Both the position numbers and the translations under genes were made by a program. From Alistipes sp. (GTDB lineage: Bacteria; Bacteroidota; Bacteroidia; Bacteroidales; Rikenellaceae): a stretch of 61,593 nt of DNA. Below, in pieces: positions 9,011-17,467 of the stretch. The stretch is taken from assembly GCA_045659225.1 (NCBI GenBank), contig JAZOWM010000012.1, forward strand, positions 1 through 61,593, written 5' to 3'. Below the pieces are notes generated by a model. That model did not search any database. It was not told where the DNA came from and saw only the letters and a list, made by a program, of their open reading frames with translations. Position 1 is the first letter of the stretch. Each line of letters starts with the position of its first letter.

Positions 9011-9700
9011 TTATTGTTTGAAAATTCGTTCTATCTCCTCACAGGCCTCGGCAGTAGGGAGCTTACGTAGTGTTTCATCCTCGATTATTGCAAACGAGTC
9101 GCAAACGGGCAGAGCCGAGTCTAAGTCGTGGGTTGAGAAGAGTATTGTTTTACCCTCCTTGTGCGCCAAGTCGGCAAGCAGACGACACACCTCGAAGCGA
9201 GTTGGAATATCAAGGAAAGCTGTCGGCTCATCGAGCAGAATAATAGGTGTCTGCTGCGCTATGGCACGGGCAATCATTGCTCGTTGCAACTCTCCATCCG
9301 AGAGAGAGGAGGTCTCGCGCTTTGCAAAGTCACTTATTCCAACCACCGCTATCGCCTTACCAACAATTTCGCGGTCAATATCCTGAAGATGTCCTACCCA
9401 GTTGGTGTAGGGCGCACGTCCCATAGCCACCAAATCCTCCACCAACATATTCTCAACACGAATGCGCTCTGTGGTAACGATTGCTACACTCTGTGCCAAC
9501 TTCTCGGCTGCGAGCTCGGCAAGTGGAGTCCCATCTATCAGCGTATTCCCATTCGATGTCAATGCTCTGAGGAGGGTACTCTTTCCCGCGCCATTGCGAC
9601 CTACAAGGGCACAAAATTCTCCTTTGCCGAGGTGCAACGACACATCACGCAGAATTGTGCGTGAGCCATACGAAAGGGTTATGTTATCGAGCCTTATCAT
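9011..9700 (-). CDS. Iron-siderophore/cobalamin ABC transporter ATP-binding protein
   Basis: GRNGAGKST, LSDGE, LLDEPTAFLD and STHD. Confidence 0.9.
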   Translation of the reverse strand: MIRLDNITLSYGSRTILRDVSLHLGKGEFCALVGRNGAGKSTLLRALTSNGNTLIDGTPLAELAAEKLAQSVAIVTTERIRVENMLVEDLVAMGRAPYTNWVGHLQDIDREIVGKAIAVVGISDFAKRETSSLSDGELQRAMIARAIAQQTPIILLDEPTAFLDIPTRFEVCRLLADLAHKEGKTILFSTHDLDSALPVCDSFAIIEDETLRKLPTAEACEEIERIFKQ

Positions 9701-10689
9701 CGTTTGCGAGCTACAATATAGATTACAATCGGAATACCCATAAGGGCTGTTATAGTATTTATCGGCAGAGTGAAATACTTCGCCACAATATCTCCCACAA
9801 GCAACATCACCACTCCCGAGAGAATTGTTCCAGGGAGCAATATGCGGTGGTCAGCCGAGCGGAATACCATTCGTGCTATGTGCGGCACTGCGATGCCCAC
9901 AAAGCCTATTGGACCGCAGAAGGCTGTTACCGTACCCGCCAAGAGGGTAGTCGCGGTGAGCACAAGCGTGCGTGTACGAGTTATATTGAGTCCCATCGAG
10001 GCGGCATAACGCTCGCCCGCCAGGAGCATATTCATAGGTTTAATTGCCGCAACCGCCATAGCCAAGCCCGCCACCACAATCGGTACAAGCAAAGCAAGTT
10101 GGTTTGCGGTAACATCGCCCAACGAGCCCATAGTCCACACGACATACGATTTGAGCGATGCCTCGTTGCTGAAATATTGCAAAATCTCCACTACTGCACC
10201 CACGCCCGACGAGAGCATAATGCCGAGAATGAGCATCACCATAATATCCTTTATTCTACGCGAGAGTGCCACAACGAGGAGTAACACCACCGCCGATCCT
10301 ATCCACGCAGCACCCGCTGTGCCGAGTGTTTGGAACACTGGTGAGATGGTAAAACCAAAGATTGGCGCACCCAACAAAAAGAGGGCTACTCCAAGGCTTG
10401 CGCCTGCCGACACGCCGAGGACATAAGGGCCTGCCAATGGATTGCGGAAGAGAACTTGCATCTGCAAACCACTAACCGAGAGTGCCATACCTGCCAAAAG
10501 TGCAACCACAGTTCGCACAAGGCGAATGTCCAATACTATGCTTCGTATCTCCTCCGAGCCTCCACCGCAGAGTGCAGATACCACCTCCAAAAGTGATATT
10601 GCCACCGAGCCGACAGCAATATCCACCACAAAGAGTACCGCACATAGCGCAGTAAGCAGAGTGAAAAGTATGGTGTTTCGACACTTCAT
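9697..10689 (-). CDS. FecCD/BtuC-family ABC permease
   Basis: MQVLFRNPLAGPYVLGVSAGA and GPIGFVGIAVPH. Confidence 0.92.
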   Translation of the reverse strand: MKCRNTILFTLLTALCAVLFVVDIAVGSVAISLLEVVSALCGGGSEEIRSIVLDIRLVRTVVALLAGMALSVSGLQMQVLFRNPLAGPYVLGVSAGASLGVALFLLGAPIFGFTISPVFQTLGTAGAAWIGSAVVLLLVVALSRRIKDIMVMLILGIMLSSGVGAVVEILQYFSNEASLKSYVVWTMGSLGDVTANQLALLVPIVVAGLAMAVAAIKPMNMLLAGERYAASMGLNITRTRTLVLTATTLLAGTVTAFCGPIGFVGIAVPHIARMVFRSADHRILLPGTILSGVVMLLVGDIVAKYFTLPINTITALMGIPIVIYIVARKR

Positions 10690-10717
10690 ATCTCCTATCT
10701 TCTATCTCCTCTCCCCT
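10690..10717. repeat. Heptamer array (ATCTCCT)x4, degenerate, spanning the btuF-like stop codon
   Basis: ATCTCCT ATCTTCT ATCTCCT CTCCCCT. Confidence 0.7.
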
Positions 10718-11877
10718 AACTTTTTATAGTAGTAGAGTTCCTCGGTTGGGGCTTCGTGGTGCAGAATCTTCACCAAGTCCTGCAATATAAGGTCGGGACG
10801 AACAGCTCCCGACTCCCAAAAGTCGCTACCTCGGCTCTCGTTGGTTCGTTTGGTATTGTTGTAGAGGCGACCAAAGCGCACCGCATCAACCTTTGCAAAA
10901 CGAGGAGTCGCAGCACAAACCTCCTCAACTGATGCCATCTGACCGAGATTCAACCAAAAATCTGCCTTCATTGCCAATACCAACGCCTCCTCCAAAGAGA
11001 TTGGAGTTGAAGAATTTTGGCTTTTGGCCATTGGCTTTTGGCCATTAGCTTTATCTAATTTTGCATTTTGTTCTTTCGTCTCTCGTCTCTCGTCTCTCGA
11101 CTTTAATATATACTCTCCTCCTGCATCCTCAATCAGTCGCACCATATAGCTATTATGCGGCGGCATAAACCAGGTGTCGCGGTATGGCAAATTGAGCATT
11201 ACGCGCGGCTTGTACGCCGAGCAGTGCTTCTGCTCACACAAGTCGTTATATCGCTCCTCCACACCTTCGAAGAACTTTTTACCCTTCTCCTCGCAGCCAC
11301 ATAGGTATGACAACGCTACCACCCACTCCGCCTTACCAAGTGGAGACTCCTCAAGATACTCCCCTATATAAATATAAGGTATTCGGAGCTCCTCGAGTTT
11401 GTTGGTTATAACCTTTGCCTCGCCAGCTACACCATAGAGCAGTATTATATCGGGGTTAAGTGCTCGCATCTTCTCGAAGTTGAAGGAGGCATCGTAGCCA
11501 ACCTCTCCGATTTTGCCATCGGCGATAGCTCTGCGCAGCTCTGCATCGTAGATATATTGACAACCCGACAACCCAACAATGCGGTCGGCACAACCTATAG
11601 CATCGAGCATAGCCGCGTGGCTCGAAGACATTGCAATAATGCGCTTTAGCGGATTGGAAACATTGAGTAGAGTATAGAACTGCTCTCCTTCCGCTCCCTG
11701 CCATGGATTCTTCACGCAGAGCAACAACTCCCCACTCGCCTTATCACGCTCAATCGAAAATCCCTGAGCGTAGCGAGGGGTGTAGATTGGCTCGGTATCG
11801 CGCACAACCTCCTTGTTGCTGCAAGCCGAAAGCAATGCAACCACAACGAGTGTCGCTATTTGTGCCAATCGTCTCAT
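10702..11877 (-). CDS. BtuF/FepB-like ABC substrate-binding lipoprotein with repeat-derived insertion
   Basis: Lipobox LSAC, EYLEESPLGKAEW and DFWESGAVRPDLIL.DL. Low-complexity insert SRDERRETKEQNAKLDKANGQKPMAKSQN. Confidence 0.88.
   Translation of the reverse strand: MRRLAQIATLVVVALLSACSNKEVVRDTEPIYTPRYAQGFSIERDKASGELLLCVKNPWQGAEGEQFYTLLNVSNPLKRIIAMSSSHAAMLDAIGCADRIVGLSGCQYIYDAELRRAIADGKIGEVGYDASFNFEKMRALNPDIILLYGVAGEAKVITNKLEELRIPYIYIGEYLEESPLGKAEWVVALSYLCGCEEKGKKFFEGVEERYNDLCEQKHCSAYKPRVMLNLPYRDTWFMPPHNSYMVRLIEDAGGEYILKSRDERRETKEQNAKLDKANGQKPMAKSQNSSTPISLEEALVLAMKADFWLNLGQMASVEEVCAATPRFAKVDAVRFGRLYNNTKRTNESRGSDFWESGAVRPDLILQDLVKILHHEAPTEELYYYKKLGERR
11015..11101. repeat. In-frame mosaic of three heptamer families inside the CDS
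   Basis: TTTTGGC TTTTGGC CATTGGC TTTTGGC CATTAGC / AATTTTG CATTTTG / TTTCGTC TCTCGTC TCTCGTC TCTCGAC. Confidence 0.88.
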
Positions 11878-11892
11878 TTTTTTGGGATAGGT

Positions 11893-13533
11893 TTATAGAG
11901 ATAAGAGGTGTTTTGCCTGTGCAAGAGCAGCCTCGGTGACAGTGTCACCCGAGAGCATCTTTGCAATCTCCTCCACACGCTCCTCCGAAGAGAGAGGTCG
12001 GATATTGCTTCGGCTCTGCTCCTTGTAGACAAGGAAGTGGCGCGAGCCCTTCGATGCCACCTGTGGCGAGTGGGTGATGTCTATAACCTGCATCGACCCT
12101 GCCAAGCGTGCGATAATATCGCCCACATCGTTGGCTGTGCGGCCCGAAATACCTGTATCAATCTCGTCGAAGATGATTGTTGGCAAGGCAAGGTGACGTG
12201 CAAGAGTGGTCTTGAGCGCCAACATCACACGCGAAAGCTCACCTCCCGAAGCAATCTTCTCAATCGCTCGAGGCTCAACCGCAGCATTTGCCGAAAAGAG
12301 AAAATCTACCGCATCCACACCCGAGATGGTCGGTGTGCAAGGCGTTACTGCGATCCTGAACTCGGCATCTGCCATACCTACGGTGTGGAGAATCTCCACC
12401 ACCGACTTCGAGAGTGCTGGCGAAGCCTTTACTCGTGCATCGTGCAACTTTATGGCAAGTGCCGTAGCCTTACTCTCTGCCTTTGCCACTACCTCCTCCG
12501 CCTCGCGGATAAGCTCATCACTATGCTCAATGGCTGAAAGTTGCTCGGTATATTTGTCGCGCAGGGCTATCAACTCCTCGATACCCTCGCAACGATGTTT
12601 TCTTTGTAGTGTATAGATAAGGTCGAGGCGGCTATTTACCGCATCGAGTCGCTCGGGGTTAGCCTCTATACGCTCCAAGTCGTAGGATGTGGTTGCCGAA
12701 ATATCCTTCAGCTCCACCGCTGCCGAGTGGATTCGCTCGATAAGGCTTGGTGCCGCAGCATAGTTCTCCGACACTCGGCGCAACGAGTTCTCTGCCTCAC
12801 GAAGTATGGTCAATACACCCGTAACCTCCTCATCGAGCGACTGCGTTACTCGCTGCAACGCCTCGCTGATAGAGTCGGCATTTTCGAGCGTACGCAACTC
12901 CGCCTCTAACTCCTCAATCTCGCCTACACGAAGGTTTGCTCCTCGCAACTCCTCTGCCTGGTGGCGCAACCAATCCTCCTCGTCGGCATTGCGCTTGGCA
13001 CTCTCCTGCAACTTTGCAAGGGCGTGGCGCGCCTCCTGCAGAGCCGAAAATGCGTTGCCATACTCGGCAAGCAATGCTCCATTTCCTGCCTCGGTGTCGA
13101 TTGCTCGAATACGGAACTGTGGCGAAGAGAGAATAAGATTTTGATGTTGAGAGTGGATGTCGATAAGGTATGCGCCCAACTGCTTGAGGTCGGAGAGTTG
13201 CACTGGCTGGTCGTTCACAAAGGCTCTACTCTTGCCACTTGGCGAGATGGTACGGCGAATGATTGTCTCGTGGTCGTACTCGATGTCCAACTCCTTGAAA
13301 GCCTCCTCCAAGCCAAGTCGCTTGATGTCGAACTCACCCTCGACAACACAAGCGCGAGAGTTATCTTTGATTGCTGCGCTGTCGTTCTTGGCTCCGAGTA
13401 ACAGCGCCAAAGCACCCATCAAAATCGACTTTCCGGCTCCCGTCTCGCCCGTAATAATATTGAGCGATGAGTCGAACTCGATTTCGAGGTACTCAATTAG
13501 AGCGTAGTTCTCAACAACAAGCCTTCTAAGCAC
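11893..13533 (-). CDS. recN: DNA repair protein RecN
   Basis: ITGETGAGKS, IHSQHQ, coiled coil, ASGGELSR, IFDEIDTG and ITHSPQVA. Confidence 0.96.
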   Translation of the reverse strand: MLRRLVVENYALIEYLEIEFDSSLNIITGETGAGKSILMGALALLLGAKNDSAAIKDNSRACVVEGEFDIKRLGLEEAFKELDIEYDHETIIRRTISPSGKSRAFVNDQPVQLSDLKQLGAYLIDIHSQHQNLILSSPQFRIRAIDTEAGNGALLAEYGNAFSALQEARHALAKLQESAKRNADEEDWLRHQAEELRGANLRVGEIEELEAELRTLENADSISEALQRVTQSLDEEVTGVLTILREAENSLRRVSENYAAAPSLIERIHSAAVELKDISATTSYDLERIEANPERLDAVNSRLDLIYTLQRKHRCEGIEELIALRDKYTEQLSAIEHSDELIREAEEVVAKAESKATALAIKLHDARVKASPALSKSVVEILHTVGMADAEFRIAVTPCTPTISGVDAVDFLFSANAAVEPRAIEKIASGGELSRVMLALKTTLARHLALPTIIFDEIDTGISGRTANDVGDIIARLAGSMQVIDITHSPQVASKGSRHFLVYKEQSRSNIRPLSSEERVEEIAKMLSGDTVTEAALAQAKHLLSL

Positions 13534-13542
13534 AGACTTTTC

Positions 13543-14733
13543 CTATTTTAAAAGGTTTTCTATTTTATCGGCAATGCGGTCAGCAACCTCCGCCTTCGAA
13601 AGGAGTGGCAACTCCTCACGACCAACCGAGTCGATGAATGTCACCTTGTTGGTGTCGTGGCCAAAGCCTGCACCCTCGTCACGCAACGAGTTCAGCACAA
13701 TCATATCGAGGTTTTTCTCCGCCAACTTCTTCTCGGCATTCGACTGCTCATTGTCGGTCTCAAGCGCAAAGCCCACAAGCTTGCGCGCACCCTTCACCTT
13801 GCCCAACTCACGAGCGATATCCTTCGTCTTGCGAAGCTCTATCGAGAACGAGTCATCACTCTTCTTGATTTTGCTCTCGCTGACCACCACTGGCGTATAG
13901 TCCGCAACCGCAGCACACATCACTGCGCAGTCGCAAGCCTCGAACTCCGCTACTGAAGCCTCGTACATATCCTCTGCCGAGCATACATCTACACGGCGCA
14001 CACCTTGCGGTGTCGCCAATGCACTCTTGCCACTCACCAAAACAACCTCGGCACCGCGCTTTGCCAACTTCTCGGCAATAGCGTAGCCCATCTTGCCAGT
14101 CGAGTGATTCGAGATGTAACGCACAGGATCTATCGCCTCGATAGTAGCACCTGCGGTAATCATCACGCGCCTACCTGCCAAGGTCGACTTCACCTCAAAC
14201 ATCTTATCGATAGCCTCAACAATCTGCTCTGGCTCCATCATACGACCTTTGCCCATCAAGCCGCTTGCCAACTCACCCTCGGGCGACTCCAACACCACAA
14301 CACCTCGCTCACGAAGTTTCGCGAGATTATCTTGTGTCGCTTGGTGGCAGAACATATCGCAATCCATAGCCGGAGCGACAACGGTCTGACAGCGTGCCGA
14401 GAGGTAGGTTGTGAGCAAGAGGTTATCGGCAATGCCGTATGCCATCTTGGCGATGGTGTTTGCCGTAGCGGGTGCTATGAGGTAGCAGTCGGCCCACTCG
14501 CCCATCGAGATGTGCGAATGCCAATCGCCATTCTCGGGGTTGTAAAACTCCACAGCGATAGGATTCTTCGACAAAGTTGCCATCGTAACGGGGGTGATAA
14601 ACTCCTTAGCTGTAGGAGTCATCAACACCTTAACCTCCGCTCCTGCCACACGCAAAAGACGACAAAGCATAGCAGCCTTATATGCCGCTATGCTTCCGGT
14701 TATACCGAGCAGAATATGTTTGCCCTGTAACAT
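13543..14733 (-). CDS. coaBC: Phosphopantothenoylcysteine decarboxylase/ligase
   Basis: GITGSIAAYK, APATAN, PAM, IDPVRYISNHSTGKMG and GFALET. Confidence 0.96.
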   Translation of the reverse strand: MLQGKHILLGITGSIAAYKAAMLCRLLRVAGAEVKVLMTPTAKEFITPVTMATLSKNPIAVEFYNPENGDWHSHISMGEWADCYLIAPATANTIAKMAYGIADNLLLTTYLSARCQTVVAPAMDCDMFCHQATQDNLAKLRERGVVVLESPEGELASGLMGKGRMMEPEQIVEAIDKMFEVKSTLAGRRVMITAGATIEAIDPVRYISNHSTGKMGYAIAEKLAKRGAEVVLVSGKSALATPQGVRRVDVCSAEDMYEASVAEFEACDCAVMCAAVADYTPVVVSESKIKKSDDSFSIELRKTKDIARELGKVKGARKLVGFALETDNEQSNAEKKLAEKNLDMIVLNSLRDEGAGFGHDTNKVTFIDSVGREELPLLSKAEVADRIADKIENLLK

Positions 14734-14776
14734 CTTATTTCTTCCTTAATGAAAAACCCTTTTAGATGATGCGTTA

Positions 14777-14897
14777 GAAATTGTATAACAAGAGGGATTT
14801 CAAGGCTTGCGAAACTTTTTAATGCGGAGCATACTTGGGCGTATGTGAGCAATTAAAAAGTGAGCGTAACGCCGAAATCAACTTGTTAGACAGTTTC
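14777..14897. mobile_element. MITE-like hairpin element, copy 1 (TA-flanked)
   Basis: Terminal inverted repeat TAGAAATTGTATAACAAG / CTTGTTAGACAGTTTCTA. Core is shared with 37028-37125. The right end forms the rpoZ TAG. Confidence 0.7.
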
Positions 14898-15211
14898 TAC
14901 TCCTTTCCGTCACGGAAATAGATCTCGTCATCGAGATACTCCTCGGTAGCGATAATCACCGGCTTTGGAAGACGCTCGTAGTAGCGAGAAATCTCAATCT
15001 GCTCACGGTTCTCGAAGGTCTCCTCCATAGTGTCGGTTGGCGACGAGAAATCTGCGAGCTTACGATTCAACTCGCTCTTCAACTCTGCTGCAATCTGGTT
15101 TGCACGGCGAGCGATAACATTGATGCTCTTGTAAACATTACCTGTCTCGTGGTCGAAATCTACGAGCTTACGAGTTACGGTGTTGTTCGGAATGTTCTTC
15201 TTAATCTCCAT
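14897..15211 (-). CDS. rpoZ: RNA polymerase omega subunit (Bacteroidetes type)
   Basis: TGNVY..I..IARRANQI and FENREQIEISRYYERLPKP; lies between bamD and coaBC. Confidence 0.92.
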   Translation of the reverse strand: MEIKKNIPNNTVTRKLVDFDHETGNVYKSINVIARRANQIAAELKSELNRKLADFSSPTDTMEETFENREQIEISRYYERLPKPVIIATEEYLDDEIYFRDGKE

Positions 15212-15212
15212 C

Positions 15213-16088
15213 TTATTTTTGTTTTTCTATGTTGTTTTTATCCAAATAGTCTTTTGCCTCCTTGGTGTAGCGCTCCAACTCCTTGCTATACTTCGACTCG
15301 GGGTACTCGTTGATAAATGAGTAGTACGAATCGAGAACTTTCAGATAACGTTCACCCTTCTTCTCCTCTATCGAGTTGTGGGCCACCTTGTAGTTCGATA
15401 CGGTAATCAGGTAGAGTATCTTCTCGCGGTAGGGAGTCTCGGGATAGCTCTTCAACGCATTACGTAGGGCTACTATTGCCGAGTTATATCGCTGGATCTT
15501 GAAGTAGGTGTAGGCATTGAGGTAGCTCTTCTGCTTCAATCTATCGGTCAACTCCACTATCAAAGCCGAGAAGGTCTCTACTCGTTTGGAGTTGGGATAA
15601 CGCTCGATAAACTCGGAGAATGCCACAATAGCCTCACCAGTGATGGTCTGGTCGCGCGTTGCATCGGGAGCAAGGTAGTAGTGACACATTGCCAACATTG
15701 CCTCGGCGTCTTCGATAAATATGCTGCGTCCAAACTTACGGCGGAACTCATCGAGCTCAACTGTCGCATTCGAGTAGTCACGCTGCTTGAACTTGCATCG
15801 TGCAGCAAAGAACGAGATTGAGTCCTCCTGTGTATTTCCCACAAAGTAAGCTGCGCTCGCTTCGAAGAGGTCTCCTGCCTGCTTCCACTTATTGCGGTTG
15901 TAATACTTCAAACCCTCGGAGTAGATTAGATCGGGGTCGGCACTCTTGATAATCTTCTGAATACCCACCTTCTTGCCGCGCTCCACCCTATCACGAATGC
16001 TCTCCTTGTCTGCACGAGCACTCGCTGTGCCTACAAAAAACATTGCACACAGTGTCAAAATTAGGGTTTTGGCTACAGTCTTAATCAT
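15213..16088 (-). CDS. bamD: Outer membrane protein assembly factor BamD
   Basis: TPR helices, RDQT.T..AI..F..FIERYPNS and YPETPYRE; canonical synteny. Confidence 0.88.
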   Translation of the reverse strand: MIKTVAKTLILTLCAMFFVGTASARADKESIRDRVERGKKVGIQKIIKSADPDLIYSEGLKYYNRNKWKQAGDLFEASAAYFVGNTQEDSISFFAARCKFKQRDYSNATVELDEFRRKFGRSIFIEDAEAMLAMCHYYLAPDATRDQTITGEAIVAFSEFIERYPNSKRVETFSALIVELTDRLKQKSYLNAYTYFKIQRYNSAIVALRNALKSYPETPYREKILYLITVSNYKVAHNSIEEKKGERYLKVLDSYYSFINEYPESKYSKELERYTKEAKDYLDKNNIEKQK

Positions 16089-16174
16089 AATTATCTAACT
16101 CCTCTTCACGCGCATACACGCGATAAATCGCACAAAGTTATAACGAATTAACGAAAATCCCAAAATAAAATTGC

Positions 16175-16210
16175 AAAAGAGAGTAAAAGTTAGACTTTTA
16201 CCCCCTTTTT
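16175..16210 (-). terminator. Probable terminator after asd
   Basis: AAAAGAGAGTAAAAGT/ACTTTTACCCCCTTTT imperfect inverted repeat. Confidence 0.55.
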
Positions 16211-16229
16211 TCGTTAATATTTGACCTTT

Positions 16230-17240
16230 TTAGCGCAAAACACCCTTGGCAATCAACCACTCAGCAATCTGCACCGCGTTCAATGCCGCACCCTTCTTAA
16301 TCTGGTCAGCAACGCACCAGAACGAGAGACCATTCTCGCAGGTGAGGTCCTTGCGGATACGGCCAACATATACAGGCTCCTTGCCAGCGATAAACAATGG
16401 CATTGGATACTCCTTCTCGGCAGGATTGTCCAATACTACCACGCGCTCAGCCTCGGCAAATGCCTGACGAGCCTCCTCAACCGAAATTGGGCGCTCGGTC
16501 TCAACCCAAATGCTCTCCGAGTGAGCACGCATAACAGGAACACGCACACAAGTTGCCGACACGGCAATATCCGAGTGCATAATCTTCTGTGTCTCGTTAA
16601 ACATCTTCATCTCCTCCTTGGTGTAACCATTGTCGGTGAAGACATCGATGTGTGGTATCACATTGAAAGCCAACTGATAAGCGAACTTCTCGACTATTGG
16701 CTCTTCTCCCTTTGCCAACGATGCGTGCTGTGCCTCCAACTCCGCCATAGCCTGCGCACCTGCACCACTTGCCGACTGGTAGGTCGAAACGTGTACGCGC
16801 TTGATATGCGAGAGCTTCTCGATAGCATTCAATGCAACCACCATCTGAATGGTTGTACAGTTAGGGTTTGCGATGATGCGGCGTGGAGCATTCAAAGCAT
16901 CCTCGGCATTCACCTCTGGCACTACCAATGGCACATCGGCATCCATACGATAGCAGCTCGAGTTATCAATCATCAAGCAACCGTGCTTAGTAATTGTCTC
17001 GGCATAATCACGAGATATTGAGCCTCCTGCCGACACCAATGCAAGGTCGATATCCTTGAAGTCGTCATTGTGTTGCAACTCCTTGATAACTATCTCCTTA
17101 CCGCGAAATACTCGTGTCTGACCAGCACTACGAGCCGAACCAAAGAGCACCAACTCATCGAGTGGGAAGTTGTGCTCATCTAAAATCTTCAAGAACTCCT
17201 GTCCTACAGCGCCACTTGCGCCAACGATAGCTACCTTCAT
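16230..17240 (-). CDS. asd: Aspartate-semialdehyde dehydrogenase
   Basis: [42 protein letters not shown] and [12 protein letters not shown]. Confidence 0.97.
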   Translation of the reverse strand: MKVAIVGASGAVGQEFLKILDEHNFPLDELVLFGSARSAGQTRVFRGKEIVIKELQHNDDFKDIDLALVSAGGSISRDYAETITKHGCLMIDNSSCYRMDADVPLVVPEVNAEDALNAPRRIIANPNCTTIQMVVALNAIEKLSHIKRVHVSTYQSASGAGAQAMAELEAQHASLAKGEEPIVEKFAYQLAFNVIPHIDVFTDNGYTKEEMKMFNETQKIMHSDIAVSATCVRVPVMRAHSESIWVETERPISVEEARQAFAEAERVVVLDNPAEKEYPMPLFIAGKEPVYVGRIRKDLTCENGLSFWCVADQIKKGAALNAVQIAEWLIAKGVLR

Positions 17241-17340
17241 AATTCGTTGTTATTTAAGTTTTTTTGTTAATGTTATCTTTTCATTTCAGTTTATCGTCTT
17301 GCAAAATGGTGGAATTATGAAGTAGCAACATTTTTACATT

Positions 17341-17386
17341 CCTCCTAAATCCCCCTTTGAAAAAGGGGGACTTGTCGCTACGCTCC
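17341..17386. repeat. REP-like palindrome
   Basis: CCTCCTAAA-TCCCCCTTT-GAA-AAAGGGGGA-CTTGTCGCTACGCTCC. Confidence 0.55.
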
Positions 17387-17422
17387 ACTAATTCACGATG
17401 TGTTAAGGTTTATTATTTTTTA

Positions 17423-17450
17423 ATTTTGCATTTTTCTCTCGTCTCTTGTC
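17423..17450. repeat. Composite heptamer array (ATTTTGC + TCTCGTC families)
   Basis: ATTTTGC ATTTTTC TCTCGTC TCTTGTC, just after the PBP1A stop. Confidence 0.6.
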
Positions 17451-17467
17451 TTTTTTAAAGTTTTCCG

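Noticed and set aside
11877-11893. Cobalamin riboswitch before the btuFCD-like genes
   Set aside because: Only 15 bp separate recN from the binding-protein gene, so there is no room. The substrate (B12 versus iron complex) is left open.
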